64,000 nt of DNA from an uncultured Thermomicrobiales bacterium (GCA_902806325.1 CADCWE010000179.1:4124-68123), one strand, 5' to 3'; positions 27,390-36,843 are shown, counted from the stretch's first letter. A program made the numbers and translations. The notes: a model not told the origin generated them from the letters alone.

Positions 27390-28784
27390 TCGGATCAGGT
27401 CGCCGTACTCGGCGATTTCCCAGGGGTCGATCCGCTGTTGGAACGTGGGGGCGTCGTAGTCCGGCACCGCGGCGCGGCAGCGCCGCAGTTCGGAACGTTT
27501 CACCAGCAGGAACAGGTCGACGAACGGGTCCCCAAGGATCGCCCGCAGCGCGGCGTCGGCGTTCAGGGCGTCGAGCGCGGCGTCGAGCGAGCGCGGCAGC
27601 GGCGGGTGGGCCGGGTCGGTGGTGATGTCACCGACGGCGGGCGGTGGCGGAACCATTTCCCGCCGCAGCCCGTCTAATCCGGCGGCGAGGAGCCCGGCGG
27701 CGACGACGTAGGGGTCGGCCGCGGCGCCGCCGACCCGGGTTTCGAGCCGGGTCGCCGCGCCGGTGGCGAGGGGAACGCGGATCGCCGCCTGGCGGTTGTC
27801 CAGGCCCCAGCAGGCGTTGGTTGGGGCAAAGATGTGGGGTCGGTAGCGTTTGTAGCAGTTGACGGTCGGGGAGAGCAGGGCGGTCAGCGCGGAGGCGTGG
27901 GCGAGTTGGCCCGCGAGGACGCGTCTCCCAGATTCGGAAACGGGGTGGTCGGTGCCGGGCGACGGAGCGAACAGGTTCTCCCCGGTGGCGGCATCGAGCA
28001 GGCTCTGGTGGACGTGGCCGCCGCTGCCGGCTTCGTCCGCGAACCGCTTGGTCATAAAGCTGGCGTGGTAGCCGAGGCGGGCGGCGACCTCCTTGACCGC
28101 GCCCTTGAACGCGAACGCCTGGTCGGGCGCCTCCAGCCCGACGGCGGCATCGAACGGGGTTTCGAGCTGGCCCGGCGCGTTCTCGGCGAAGAAGCCAAGG
28201 GGGGTGATGCCGAGCGCGGCCAGCGCCGCGAACAGCCCTTCGGTGAACGCCTGGTCGAACAGGTTGCGCAGGGTGGCGGCGAGCTGGCGGTCGGCGAAGA
28301 CCGGCGACCGGTCGGCGGTATCGCGGGCGAGGAAGAACTCGTACTCGAATCCCAGCTTCGGCGTCGCCCCGAGTGCCGCGAACTCGGCCAGGAGACGCTT
28401 GACCACCGACCGCGGCGCGGCCGGAACCGGGGCGCCGTCGGGAAGATGCAGATCGCAGACCACGCGCGCGGAGGCGGGGGCTTGGGCGGGGTCGAGCACG
28501 GCCAGCGTCGATAGGTCCGGTCGCAGCAGGTAGTCGGGCAAGAACGGGCGCCCGCCGGAAAAATGGTTGGCCGGCACGTCGTCGCCGCGGGCGTCGGAGT
28601 GGAGCAGACCGCCGTAGACGGCGGTGCCGTCCCGGACGATCTTCGGCAGCAGCGACAGCGGGACGACCTTGGAGCGGGAGATGCCGTGCAGATCGGCGGT
28701 TTCCAGCCGGACCAGGCGGACACCGGCGGCACCGAGGATCCTGGTCACCGCCTCCGGGGAGATGGGCGTCGTCATGAGCGGCAT
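27390..28784 (-). CDS. Glutamine synthetase family protein (GlnA-like gamma-glutamyl-amine ligase, PuuA/GlnA3-type). The coordinates cover only the homologous part because no in-frame stop follows.
   Basis: VRLVRLETADLHGISRSK...FEYEFFL...AENAPGQLE...GSGGHVHQSL...NCYKRY...RVP...RLETRVGGAAADPY...PWEIAEYGDLI. The same frame stays open to 25680 (the 1070-aa ORF in the track) and runs through the oxidase gene out of frame. Confidence 0.75.
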
Positions 28785-29032
28785 GGTAGCGCACCGGCGG
28801 TTGGGGCGCCGCGGCCGGGTCGAGGGCTTGCCTCCGCGAGAGGACATCGCTCCCGACCCCACAACGACCGCTCGGCTGTTCCCGGCGGGCAAATCAAAGC
28901 CGGGGCGAACGGATCGCCCCGGCTTCCGAATGGCTTGGATTGTCGGCCGCTTAGCGGCTTTGGCGATGGGGCAGCGTCCAATTCATGGTCGTTCTCCTCG
29001 GTAAGGAAATCGCGCGGGTGGCCGGGCGGGGT

Positions 29033-29186
29033 CTAGGTCCAGGGCGAGAGCCGCCCGACCACCAGCGACCAGGCGACGACGGCCAGCAGCACGAACAGCA
29101 GCGCCAACCCGACTTGCAGGACCACTTCGCCCGTTTCCTCCATCGTCGTTTGAGCCTTGGTAGGACAGCACGGTAGGTTCATCATC
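29033..29186 (-). CDS. Possible small membrane protein (50 aa)
   Basis: MMNLPCCPTKAQTTMEETGEVVLQVGLALLFVLLAVVAWSLVVGRLSPWT has one clear TM helix. The SD AAGGGAGA lies upstream of the ATGATG at 29186. I recognise no family. Confidence 0.3.
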
Positions 29187-29386
29187 GCCGTTGTCTCCCT
29201 TAGCCGAGGTTCCGGGTTCCTGTCGCCGGGTGGAGCATTTCCCTTTCCCGACGCTGCCATGATGCCAGGCCGTTGTCGAGGGATCTATCGGGCGAACAAC
29301 GTATTTCGGGCGCCGATGAGGTGCGCCGGTCACTACGTAGAACGACGTAGGCACGGAGGTGTGAGACCCAGAACGGCGGCAAACGC

Positions 29387-30973
29387 TCAATACCCGACCG
29401 CCGATCCGTCGGCTCGCGGGTCCGCGCCGCCGAGGAGGACGCCGCGGGCCGAATCGCGCAGGATCACCTGAGCGTGACCGAAGTGGGGGTTCCGGGCCGG
29501 GACCTGCCGGACCGTGTGGTTGCGGGCGGCGAGACCGGCGACGGTTCCGGCCGGGAACCCGGCTTCGAGGGACACCAGCGTCGGCGGATCGGTCGCCAGC
29601 CCGCCGGCCAGCCAGCGCGGGGCGTCCACCGCCTGCTGGGGGTGCAGCCCGTGGTCGGCGATGGCGGCGATCAGTTGGAGGTGGACCTGGGCCTGGGCGT
29701 CTCCCCCCTGGGTGCCGAGCGGGCCGAGCAGGGCGCCGTCCCGCAGCAGCATCGCGGGCATTAGGGTGTGCATCGGGCGCTTGCCGGGTTCGAGGCGGTT
29801 CGGGTGGTCGGCGGCGAGGGAGAAGGAGGTGCCACGGTTCTGGAGCACGATCCCGGTGCCGTCGGCCACCACGCCGGAACCGAAGGCCTGGAACAGGCTC
29901 TGGATCAACGAGGCGGCGTTGCCGTCGCGGTCGACCGCGCAGAGATAGACCGTGTCGCCCGCCAGGGAGGGTGCGCCGGCGGCGGCGCGGCCGGGATCGT
30001 AGGCGCGCCAGAGGTCGGCCGCGTACGTTTTGGAGACCAGACGGGCGGGGTCCTGCGGCACGAAGGCGGGGTCGGCCAGCGTTCGGTCGCGCACGGCGAA
30101 GGCGAGCTTCTTGGCTTCGATCTGGGCGTGGAGACCGTCGGTCGATCCCCACGGTGCCGGACGTTCGCGTTCGATCAGGTTGAGGGCGAGCAGCGCCGTC
30201 AGTCCCTGCGAGTTGGGCGGAAAGCCGAGGACGGTCAGCCCGCGGTAGGTGGCGGCGATCGGGTCAACCCATTCGCCGCGGTGGGCGGTCAGATCCCCGG
30301 CGGCGAGGGCGCCGCCCAACCGCTCGGACGTGGCGCCGATCGCTTCGGCCAGGGCGCCGTCGTAGAACGCGGCGCGGCCTTCCCGGGCGATGAGATCCAA
30401 CGACGCGGCCAGGTCCGGCAGCGGAAGCAGGCTGTCGGGGCTGGGAACGACGCCGGCGGGGAGAAAGATCGCCTGCAGCGCCGGGTTGTCGACCAGCGTC
30501 GGCGGCATCGCGGCGATCGCGGCCGAGAGGCGCGGCGAGACCGGGAAGCCGTCCCGGGCCAGGGCGATCGCGGGGCGAAGCGCGCGATCGAGGCCGAGGC
30601 GTCCGAAGCGGTCGAGGGCGGCGTCCCAGGCGTCGACCGTGCCCGGCACCGTGACGGTGGCGATGCCCTGGCGCGGCATCCGGCCGCCGTGCGTCGCGCC
30701 CAGCGCGTCGCGGTCGGCGGCGAGGGGGGCGCGGCCGGAGCCGTTGTAGGCGTGGGTTTGGCCCGTGGCCGCCTCGTGGTAGAGGAGGAAGCAATCGCCG
30801 CCGATCGCGGTCTGATCGGGGTAGACCACCGTCAGCACCGCGTTGGCGGCGACGGCGGCGTCCATCGCGGTGCCGCCCTCGCGCAACACGGCCAGTCCGG
30901 CCTCCGCGGCCAGCGGGTGAGGCGCCGCGACCATTGCCCGCTCCGCGATCGCCGATGGTCGTGCGGTGTCCAT
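29387..30973 (-). CDS. ggt: Gamma-glutamyltransferase (GGT, Ntn-hydrolase)
   Basis: AAPHPLAAEAGLAVLREGGTAMDAAVA...GIGGDCF...GTVDAW...GDTVYLCAVDRDGNAASLIQS (Thr nucleophile after GD)...GTQGG. No obvious signal peptide. Confidence 0.9.
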   Translation of the reverse strand: MDTARPSAIAERAMVAAPHPLAAEAGLAVLREGGTAMDAAVAANAVLTVVYPDQTAIGGDCFLLYHEAATGQTHAYNGSGRAPLAADRDALGATHGGRMPRQGIATVTVPGTVDAWDAALDRFGRLGLDRALRPAIALARDGFPVSPRLSAAIAAMPPTLVDNPALQAIFLPAGVVPSPDSLLPLPDLAASLDLIAREGRAAFYDGALAEAIGATSERLGGALAAGDLTAHRGEWVDPIAATYRGLTVLGFPPNSQGLTALLALNLIERERPAPWGSTDGLHAQIEAKKLAFAVRDRTLADPAFVPQDPARLVSKTYAADLWRAYDPGRAAAGAPSLAGDTVYLCAVDRDGNAASLIQSLFQAFGSGVVADGTGIVLQNRGTSFSLAADHPNRLEPGKRPMHTLMPAMLLRDGALLGPLGTQGGDAQAQVHLQLIAAIADHGLHPQQAVDAPRWLAGGLATDPPTLVSLEAGFPAGTVAGLAARNHTVRQVPARNPHFGHAQVILRDSARGVLLGGADPRADGSAVGY

Positions 30974-30982
30974 GGCGGTGTT

Positions 30983-31124
30983 CCCCCTATCCCCCCGGCC
31001 CCCCTTGCCCCCTCGCCTGGGGGCAAGGGGGGGAGCGACAAGGTAGTCCTGCTCGGGCCACTCGGTTGCGGACGTCCCCCTTCCCCCCGGCGACCGGGGG
31101 AAGGTGGGTTGGGGGGATAGGGGG
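30983..31124. repeat. Composite nested C-tract/G-tract palindromic element in a divergent promoter region
   Basis: Outer inverted repeat: ccccctatcccccc (30983-30996) and ggggggataggggg (31111-31124). Inner hairpins: ccccccttgcccc...ggggcaagggggg (30999-31033) and cccccttcccccc...gggggaaggtggg (31076-31108). Confidence 0.75.
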
Positions 31125-31264
31125 ATAACCCCCGGCCCCTCGTCCCGGCGCTAGGGTATCGCCTCGGAACCGGGAGCGCGCGCCGTCACGCGGCGGGGCC
31201 GGTGGTGTAGCCTTCGGGTCTACCGGATCAGGAAGCCGGTGCCGTCGCCAGAGGAGGTCGGTTC

Positions 31265-32512
31265 ATGCTCGCGCGTCGCGCGCTCGCCACGTTGGCGCTC
31301 TCTGTTCCGTTGCTGTTCGCCCCGCTGCCGACCGTCGCCGGCCAGGCCGGGGACGCCACGCCCACCGCCGGCGGGGACCGCGCCGATTTGGCGGCGATGA
31401 CCCTCGATTCCGAGGATTTGCCGGAAGACTACTTCCTACGCGGCGAACGGTACATCACCGGCGAGAACCTGGTCGCGGGGTTGGACCTGGAGGACGCCAC
31501 CGCCGAGGCCCTGACCGAAAGCGGCCTGACCTGGTTCTACGAGAGCACCTACACCACCGCCGACGGGGCGGGGCAGATCCGCTCCTACGTCTCGGAATAC
31601 CCCGACGAGGCGGGCGCGGAGGCCGGGTTTGGCGTCCTTGAGGACGAGGAAGCCCTGGTCGGCGAGGGCGGCGACCTGGAAGACCAGGACGGCCCGGCGG
31701 TTGGCGAGGATCCGAAGGAGATCACCGTCGGGTCCCTGCCGCCAAACGCCGACGCCGATGACGATGCCCCGGCGCTGCGCTCCGTGGACGCGACCTTCCG
31801 CGTCGGCACCTTGATCGTCGGCGTCGCGGTCGAAACCCGCGACGACGCGGAGCCGGATCAGGCGCTGGCCGAGGAATTGGCCGACGTGCTGGCGACCCGG
31901 GTCGAGGACGTGCTGGCGGGCCAAGCCCCGGCAACGGCCGACCCGGCGGTGCGGGAAGCGCTGTTGCAATTGGACGCGGGCCTGAGCGTGCAAGAAGGGT
32001 ACTTGACGGCGACCGACGTGCTCGGCCCGGTCGACCCGGCCGACACCCCGTACGCCGAGTACGACGCCGGGTACGCCCTAACGCTGGCGATAGGCGACGG
32101 TGGAACCACCCTGCCGTACGTCAGCCTGGCCGTCTCGTCCTTCTCGTCCGAGGACGGCCCGCTGGCGGTGCTTGGGGACGCCGACAATCTGCAACCGGCA
32201 TTCACCAACATCGAGCGGGTGGACGACGTCCTGGTCGAGGGCGCGGACGCCGCGGTCGGCTACCGCTTCGCCTCGACGACGGGCGGCCGGTCGGAGAACG
32301 ACAGTTTCCGGATCCTGATCATCGTCGGCGACCGGCTGGCGACCGTTGACGTCCAGGGCGCGACCTCGGCAGAGGTCGCCGAGGCGGCGGCGTTGGACCT
32401 GGCCGGGCAGCAGGCCGAGTGCCTCCAAAGCGACGATCCGTGCGGGGCGGGGACGATCCCGGTCGATCTCGAGACGGCGCCGTCGGCGACGCCGGAGGCG
32501 GAAGTGCTGTAG
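31265..32512 (+). CDS. Secreted acidic protein of unknown function, with an internal two-fold repeat
   Basis: Signal peptide MLARRALATLALSVPLLFAPLPTVAGQA. Very Asp/Glu-rich. Two similar halves end in FRVGTLIVGVAVE and FRILIIVGDRLATVDV. I recognise no family. Confidence 0.6.
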   Translation: MLARRALATLALSVPLLFAPLPTVAGQAGDATPTAGGDRADLAAMTLDSEDLPEDYFLRGERYITGENLVAGLDLEDATAEALTESGLTWFYESTYTTADGAGQIRSYVSEYPDEAGAEAGFGVLEDEEALVGEGGDLEDQDGPAVGEDPKEITVGSLPPNADADDDAPALRSVDATFRVGTLIVGVAVETRDDAEPDQALAEELADVLATRVEDVLAGQAPATADPAVREALLQLDAGLSVQEGYLTATDVLGPVDPADTPYAEYDAGYALTLAIGDGGTTLPYVSLAVSSFSSEDGPLAVLGDADNLQPAFTNIERVDDVLVEGADAAVGYRFASTTGGRSENDSFRILIIVGDRLATVDVQGATSAEVAEAAALDLAGQQAECLQSDDPCGAGTIPVDLETAPSATPEAEVL

Positions 32513-32530
32513 CGCGAGGGAATTCCCTTG

Positions 32531-32575
32531 ATCCGTCCCCCCTCTTCCGAATCGCGGGGGAGGGGGGATTTTTGT
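32531..32575. terminator. Hairpin plus T run between convergent genes
   Basis: tcccccctcttccgaatcgcgggggagggggga is followed by TTTTTG. Confidence 0.6.
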
Positions 32576-32591
32576 TCCTTGCGCTTGGGCC

Positions 32592-33776
32592 CTACACCAA
32601 ATACACCGCTTCCTGCGGGTCCACGAGGAACTCGCACCCCGTCTCCGTGACGACGACGTTCTCTTCCAGCCCGATCGGGCCGACGCACGGTTCGAGGGTG
32701 AACACCATGCCCGCCTCGACGAGACCGCCGGAGCGGGCGCCGTAGCGGGCGTTGTCCGGGCCGAGCAGGAGACCGCCGTCGTGGGCGAGGCGGCCGAGCT
32801 GGTGGCCGAGGGCGTGGGTGAAGGTGTAGCCGCGAGCGGCGAGCGGGTCGCGGGCGGCGGCGTCGACCACCTGGCCGGTGACGCCCGGGCGAAGGGTTTC
32901 GGCGGCGAGGCGGATCCCGTCGTGGACGGTGTCGAAGGCGCGGACGAAGTCGGCCGGGGGCGCCGTCTCACCCGGCCGGAGCAGGTACCAGGTGCGCTGG
33001 AGGTCGGAGCAGTAGCCTTCGGAGCGGACGCCGAAGTCGACCCGGAGGCCGTCGCCGCGTTCGATCCGGGTCGTGCCGGGGGCGTGGTGGCCGCCGGCGG
33101 AGCGGGAGGAAAAGACCGACGGGCAGTAAGCGGCTTCCCAGGCGGGCCCGACCTCGTAGGTCTGCATCCGCTCCCGGAAGATCTCCGCGATCTCGGTCTC
33201 GGTCAGGCCCGGTTTGAGCATCCCGGTGATGTCTTCGAAGATGCGCTGGGTGATCTCGCCGGCGCGGCGCAACCGCTCCAACTCGGCCGGGGTTTTCGTG
33301 GCGCGGACAGCGGCGGCGACCGGTTCGGCGGTGGTCAGGGCTTCGGCGAGGCCAATCGGTTCCAGGGCGTCGATCAGGGCGAGGAACAGGCCGTGTGTCA
33401 GGCCGTCCGTCCCGTGGTCGTGCTCGGAAAAATTGATCCCGATCCGCGCCGGTTTGCGCTCGTTGAGAATCTCCCGCAGCGGCCCTTGCCAGTCCAGTGA
33501 GTATGGAAGCACGGTCTCGAAGTGGTCCTCGACTTGGCCCACGTCGTAGTCGGCGACGATGGCGACGGTGGGGCCGTCGGCGAAGAGCATCAAGGCGGCG
33601 GTGCCGACCAGCTCTTCGCCGCCCATCACGTACGGCAGGAGCAGGTCGCTGCCCTCGCGGGAGAAGGTGAGCCAGCAGTCGAGGCCGTGCGCCGGAAGCA
33701 GCGCGGTCGCCTGGGCATGCTTTTCCGCCACCAGGGCGCGGCGGAGGGTCTGTTCCTCGGTCGGACGACGGTCCAC
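32592..33776 (-). CDS. M24 family metallopeptidase (Xaa-Pro aminopeptidase/creatinase-like)
   Basis: N-terminal creatinase-like domain, then KTPAELERLRRAGEIT...DFG...YCSDLQRT...HALGHQLG...FTLEP...LEENVVVT (pita-bread metal ligands). Confidence 0.85.
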   Translation of the reverse strand: MDRRPTEEQTLRRALVAEKHAQATALLPAHGLDCWLTFSREGSDLLLPYVMGGEELVGTAALMLFADGPTVAIVADYDVGQVEDHFETVLPYSLDWQGPLREILNERKPARIGINFSEHDHGTDGLTHGLFLALIDALEPIGLAEALTTAEPVAAAVRATKTPAELERLRRAGEITQRIFEDITGMLKPGLTETEIAEIFRERMQTYEVGPAWEAAYCPSVFSSRSAGGHHAPGTTRIERGDGLRVDFGVRSEGYCSDLQRTWYLLRPGETAPPADFVRAFDTVHDGIRLAAETLRPGVTGQVVDAAARDPLAARGYTFTHALGHQLGRLAHDGGLLLGPDNARYGARSGGLVEAGMVFTLEPCVGPIGLEENVVVTETGCEFLVDPQEAVYLV

Positions 33777-33942
33777 GATGGCGCTCCCTCACGTCCGCGT
33801 TGGCGACGCGGTGACGAATCCGACGCCGGGCGACCCGGCCGCCTGGGGGCCTAAACCATAGGCCGACCGAACGAATCCGCGTGAACGAGGCTGGCGAGGC
33901 GGTGTGGGTGCCTGCCCGTGCGCCCCACAATCGTCCTATCGC

Positions 33943-34842
33943 CTACCGCCGCCGTCCCCGCCGGTCGGTCCGCCGGGGCGGGTTGACGACCGGGAGCTGC
34001 GTGGTTTCGGCTTCGGCGCGATCGGCGCGATCGGCGCGGTCGGCGCGGTCGACGCGATCGGCGCGGTCGCCGCGTGCGGCGCGGGGGTGCTCGGGGTCGA
34101 TCCGGTCTTGGGGCGAAGACCCAGCGGCGACGTTGGCGAGGAGGACGTCGTTGTACAGGACGGCGGCGATCACGGCACCGACGGCCGGGCCGAGCCACCA
34201 GATCCAGTGGTCGGCGAAGCTCTGCTGGACCAGGGCCGGGCCGAAGGCGCGGGCCGGGTTCATCACCGCGCCGCTGACGGCGCCGCCGGCCAGGATGTCG
34301 AGGCTGATGGTCAGGCCGATCGCCAGACCGGAGATGGCGCGTCCGGTGCGGTGGTCGATCGCGACGCCGAAGATCACCAACATCAGGAAGAACGTCAGCA
34401 CGATCTCCATCACCAGGGCGTTGCCGGCCGTGTGGTTGAGACCGACGACCGGCACGCCGAGGTCGACCCGGTTGCGCTCGATGTCGCGGTAGACCAACGT
34501 TAAGGCGCCGGCCCCGGCCAGGCCACCGGCGAGCTGGGCGACCACGTAGAGGATGGCGCGGTCGAGTGGCAGGCGACGGGCGATCAGCAGGCCGAGGGTG
34601 ACGGCGGGGTTGAAGGCGCCGCCGGAGATGTGGCCGGTGGCGGCGACCAGGAGGCCGATCGCCAGGCCGTGGGCGAGGGCGATCGCGACCAGGTTTTCCC
34701 CCCCGGTCTGGATCACGCTGCCGACCCCGGCGAAGACCAGGACGAACGGGCCCAGGAACTCGACGATCGCCAGCTTCAGGTACTCCGGATCCCGTTGGGT
34801 GGACGCGGATCGCGCCCGCGCCCCGCCGCGCGCCGTGGCCAT
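33943..34842 (-). CDS. MIP-family channel (aquaporin/glycerol-facilitator-like) with an Arg/Asp-repeat C-terminal tail
   Basis: Two NPA boxes (HISGGAFNPAVT and SGAVMNPARAFGP). The ATG at 34842 is preceded by GAGGAGGA. The tail is RGDRADRVDRADRADRADRAE. Confidence 0.9.
   Translation of the reverse strand: MATARGGARARSASTQRDPEYLKLAIVEFLGPFVLVFAGVGSVIQTGGENLVAIALAHGLAIGLLVAATGHISGGAFNPAVTLGLLIARRLPLDRAILYVVAQLAGGLAGAGALTLVYRDIERNRVDLGVPVVGLNHTAGNALVMEIVLTFFLMLVIFGVAIDHRTGRAISGLAIGLTISLDILAGGAVSGAVMNPARAFGPALVQQSFADHWIWWLGPAVGAVIAAVLYNDVLLANVAAGSSPQDRIDPEHPRAARGDRADRVDRADRADRADRAEAETTQLPVVNPPRRTDRRGRRR
34012..34083. repeat. 9-bp tandem repeat (RTCGGCGCG, about 8 units) encoding the (RAD)n tail of the aquaporin
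   Basis: Units start at 34012, 34021, 34030, 34039, 34048, 34057, 34066 and 34075, with 0-2 mismatches each. Confidence 0.8.
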
Positions 34843-35051
34843 GCGTTTCCTCCTCGCCGTGCCGCCCTTTACCGATCCCACGGGGCGAGTGTATGGGGTG
34901 GGGGGAGGCGGCGCAAGACGACGTCGGGGGGTCGGGGAGGCGGGACGCGAGATGGGCGACAGCAGGCTCACCACGGGGGCAACGGACGACCCATCCGATA
35001 CCTTGTCCGTCCCGTGCGGCTTCCGGATTCCCAGACCCCCGGCCTCCCTCC

Positions 35052-35786
35052 CTATGGCCCGTCCTCCTCGATGTCCTCGATGACGATCTCGACGTCGTCC
35101 TCGCCGTCGTCGCGGTCGGGATTGGCGGCGGGGCGGTCGGAGGCGCGGACGGGGGCGGAGCCGCTCCCGGTGACACGGAAGACGAGGGAGTTGAGGAAGA
35201 CCGGGGCGTCGTCGTCGGGGCCGTCGGCGACCGAGACGTAGACGGCGTAGTCCCCGGTCGGCAGGGAACCGTTCAGCGCCAAGGGCAGCGCGACCCAGGC
35301 CGGGACGGGGTCGGTGATGTCGACGGCGGAGGCGCCGATGTCCACGCGGTCGGCGTTGCGCCAGACGGCGCGGACCTGTTGGCCGGGTCGGAGGTGGCTC
35401 AGTTTGGCGCCGGCGTAGACCGTGCCCGCGTCGGCGGGAACGGCGTCGTACTCGCCGTCGGGGCCGCCGGAGTCGACGCGGAGGGAAAGGGCGAGGGCTT
35501 CGAGACCGGTCGCGGCGGGCGCGGTTGGCTGGGGGCTGACCGCCGGGGAGGCGTATTGGGAGGCGATCCGGGTCGCCTGCTGGGCCGGCAGCTCGGCGCC
35601 GCGGGTGGCGGCGCGGCTCTGGCCGCGCCGGGCGTCGTCGGCCTCGCCGGTGGCGCAGGCGGCAAGGGCCGCCAGCAGCGTCGCGGCGAGCAGGACACGA
35701 CCGACCCCGCCCGCCCAACTCCGGGGTTCAGTCGGCGCGCGCGGGATCGGGTTGGGGTGGGGGCGGCCGGTACGGGCCGAACGCAT
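35052..35786 (-). CDS. Putative lipoprotein of unknown function
   Basis: Lipobox LLAALAACATG after a hydrophobic stretch. The C-terminal tail is acidic. The only in-frame start I find is the ATG at 35786, which overlaps the recombinase 3-prime end by 59 nt. Confidence 0.5.
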   Translation of the reverse strand: MRSARTGRPHPNPIPRAPTEPRSWAGGVGRVLLAATLLAALAACATGEADDARRGQSRAATRGAELPAQQATRIASQYASPAVSPQPTAPAATGLEALALSLRVDSGGPDGEYDAVPADAGTVYAGAKLSHLRPGQQVRAVWRNADRVDIGASAVDITDPVPAWVALPLALNGSLPTGDYAVYVSVADGPDDDAPVFLNSLVFRVTGSGSAPVRASDRPAANPDRDDGEDDVEIVIEDIEEDGP

Positions 35787-36843
35787 CCTGGTACTCCTCG
35801 CCCACCTCGATCGAGGACTGGTGGACGTAGATCCGGGTCGTGGCCGGGGAGGCGTGCCCGAGCAGGGTCTGCACGGTCGATTCGCGGACCCGGCGGCGGA
35901 CCAGCTCGGTCGCCAGACCGTGGCGGAACGAGTGGGGCGTGACCTCGCTCTCGATCCCGCACCGTTCGCAGAGCTGGCTGATGATCAGCTCGACCGTGCG
36001 CGGGCTGATCGCGCGGCCGACCTCGCCCAGTTTATCGCGCCCGCTGAAGGCGGGTAGGGCGGCGGCGCCGCGCACCGGGTCGCCGCGAGCCGCCCAATAG
36101 GCGGTCAGGGCGGCGCCGGTCTCGTGGTCGAAGTGGACCGTCCGGCTCTTGCCGCCTTTGGCGCGGTAGATCCCGGCGGTGCCGTTGACCAGGTCCACGT
36201 CGCGGCGGCGTAGGGCGACCAGCTCCGAGACCCGAACGCCGGTGCGGTAGAGGACCAAGACGATCGCCCGCACCTTCAGCCGGCGGAGTTCGGATTCTGG
36301 TCGCTCCTGAGGACGGTCCTCGCGGACGTGGGCGACCAACCGCTCGAGGTCCGCCAGCTTGACGTCCGGCGGCGGCGGGGTGAAGCGGGGCATCATCGCG
36401 GCGAGGCGGACCCGCAGCTTGTCCGTGCCGAGGGCGGGGTGGATGTCGTAGGCGGCGAGGTACGCGCAGAACTTGCGCACCGCGGCCAGGTTGTTCTGGG
36501 CGGTGCGCATCCGCGACACCTCCTCCGGCGTCCGCACGTCCGGCGGCACCAGCAGGGCGGCGAAGGCGGTGACGTGTTCCGGTTGGAGGACGGTGGCCGG
36601 GGCGGCATCGGCGTCGATGCCCTCGTGCTGAGCGAGGTGGCGGAAAAACTTGGCGACGCCGTGGCGGTACGTCTTGCGCGACCGGGGGGCGAGCCGGAGG
36701 TCGCCGAAAAACATCTCGGCGGCGGCGCCGAGGGTCAGGGGGACGGCGTCGGCCGGCGCGGCGACCGGCTCGGTTTCCGCGATCGGGTCGCGGTCTTGGC
36801 GGTCCATCGGCTCTCCCGCACGGTCATCTCTATGTACGTACAT
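35728..36843 (-). CDS. Tyrosine recombinase, XerC/XerD/phage-integrase family
   Basis: Catalytic set: RTGVRVSEL (R), KGGKSRTV (K), HSFRHGLAT (HxxR), LLGHASPATTRIYVH (H...Y). An N-terminal SAM-like domain is present. ATG at 36807 is an alternative start. Sequence alone cannot tell a housekeeping Xer from a mobile-element integrase. Confidence 0.85.
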   Translation of the reverse strand: MYVHRDDRAGEPMDRQDRDPIAETEPVAAPADAVPLTLGAAAEMFFGDLRLAPRSRKTYRHGVAKFFRHLAQHEGIDADAAPATVLQPEHVTAFAALLVPPDVRTPEEVSRMRTAQNNLAAVRKFCAYLAAYDIHPALGTDKLRVRLAAMMPRFTPPPPDVKLADLERLVAHVREDRPQERPESELRRLKVRAIVLVLYRTGVRVSELVALRRRDVDLVNGTAGIYRAKGGKSRTVHFDHETGAALTAYWAARGDPVRGAAALPAFSGRDKLGEVGRAISPRTVELIISQLCERCGIESEVTPHSFRHGLATELVRRRVRESTVQTLLGHASPATTRIYVHQSSIEVGEEYQDAFGPYRPPPPQPDPARAD

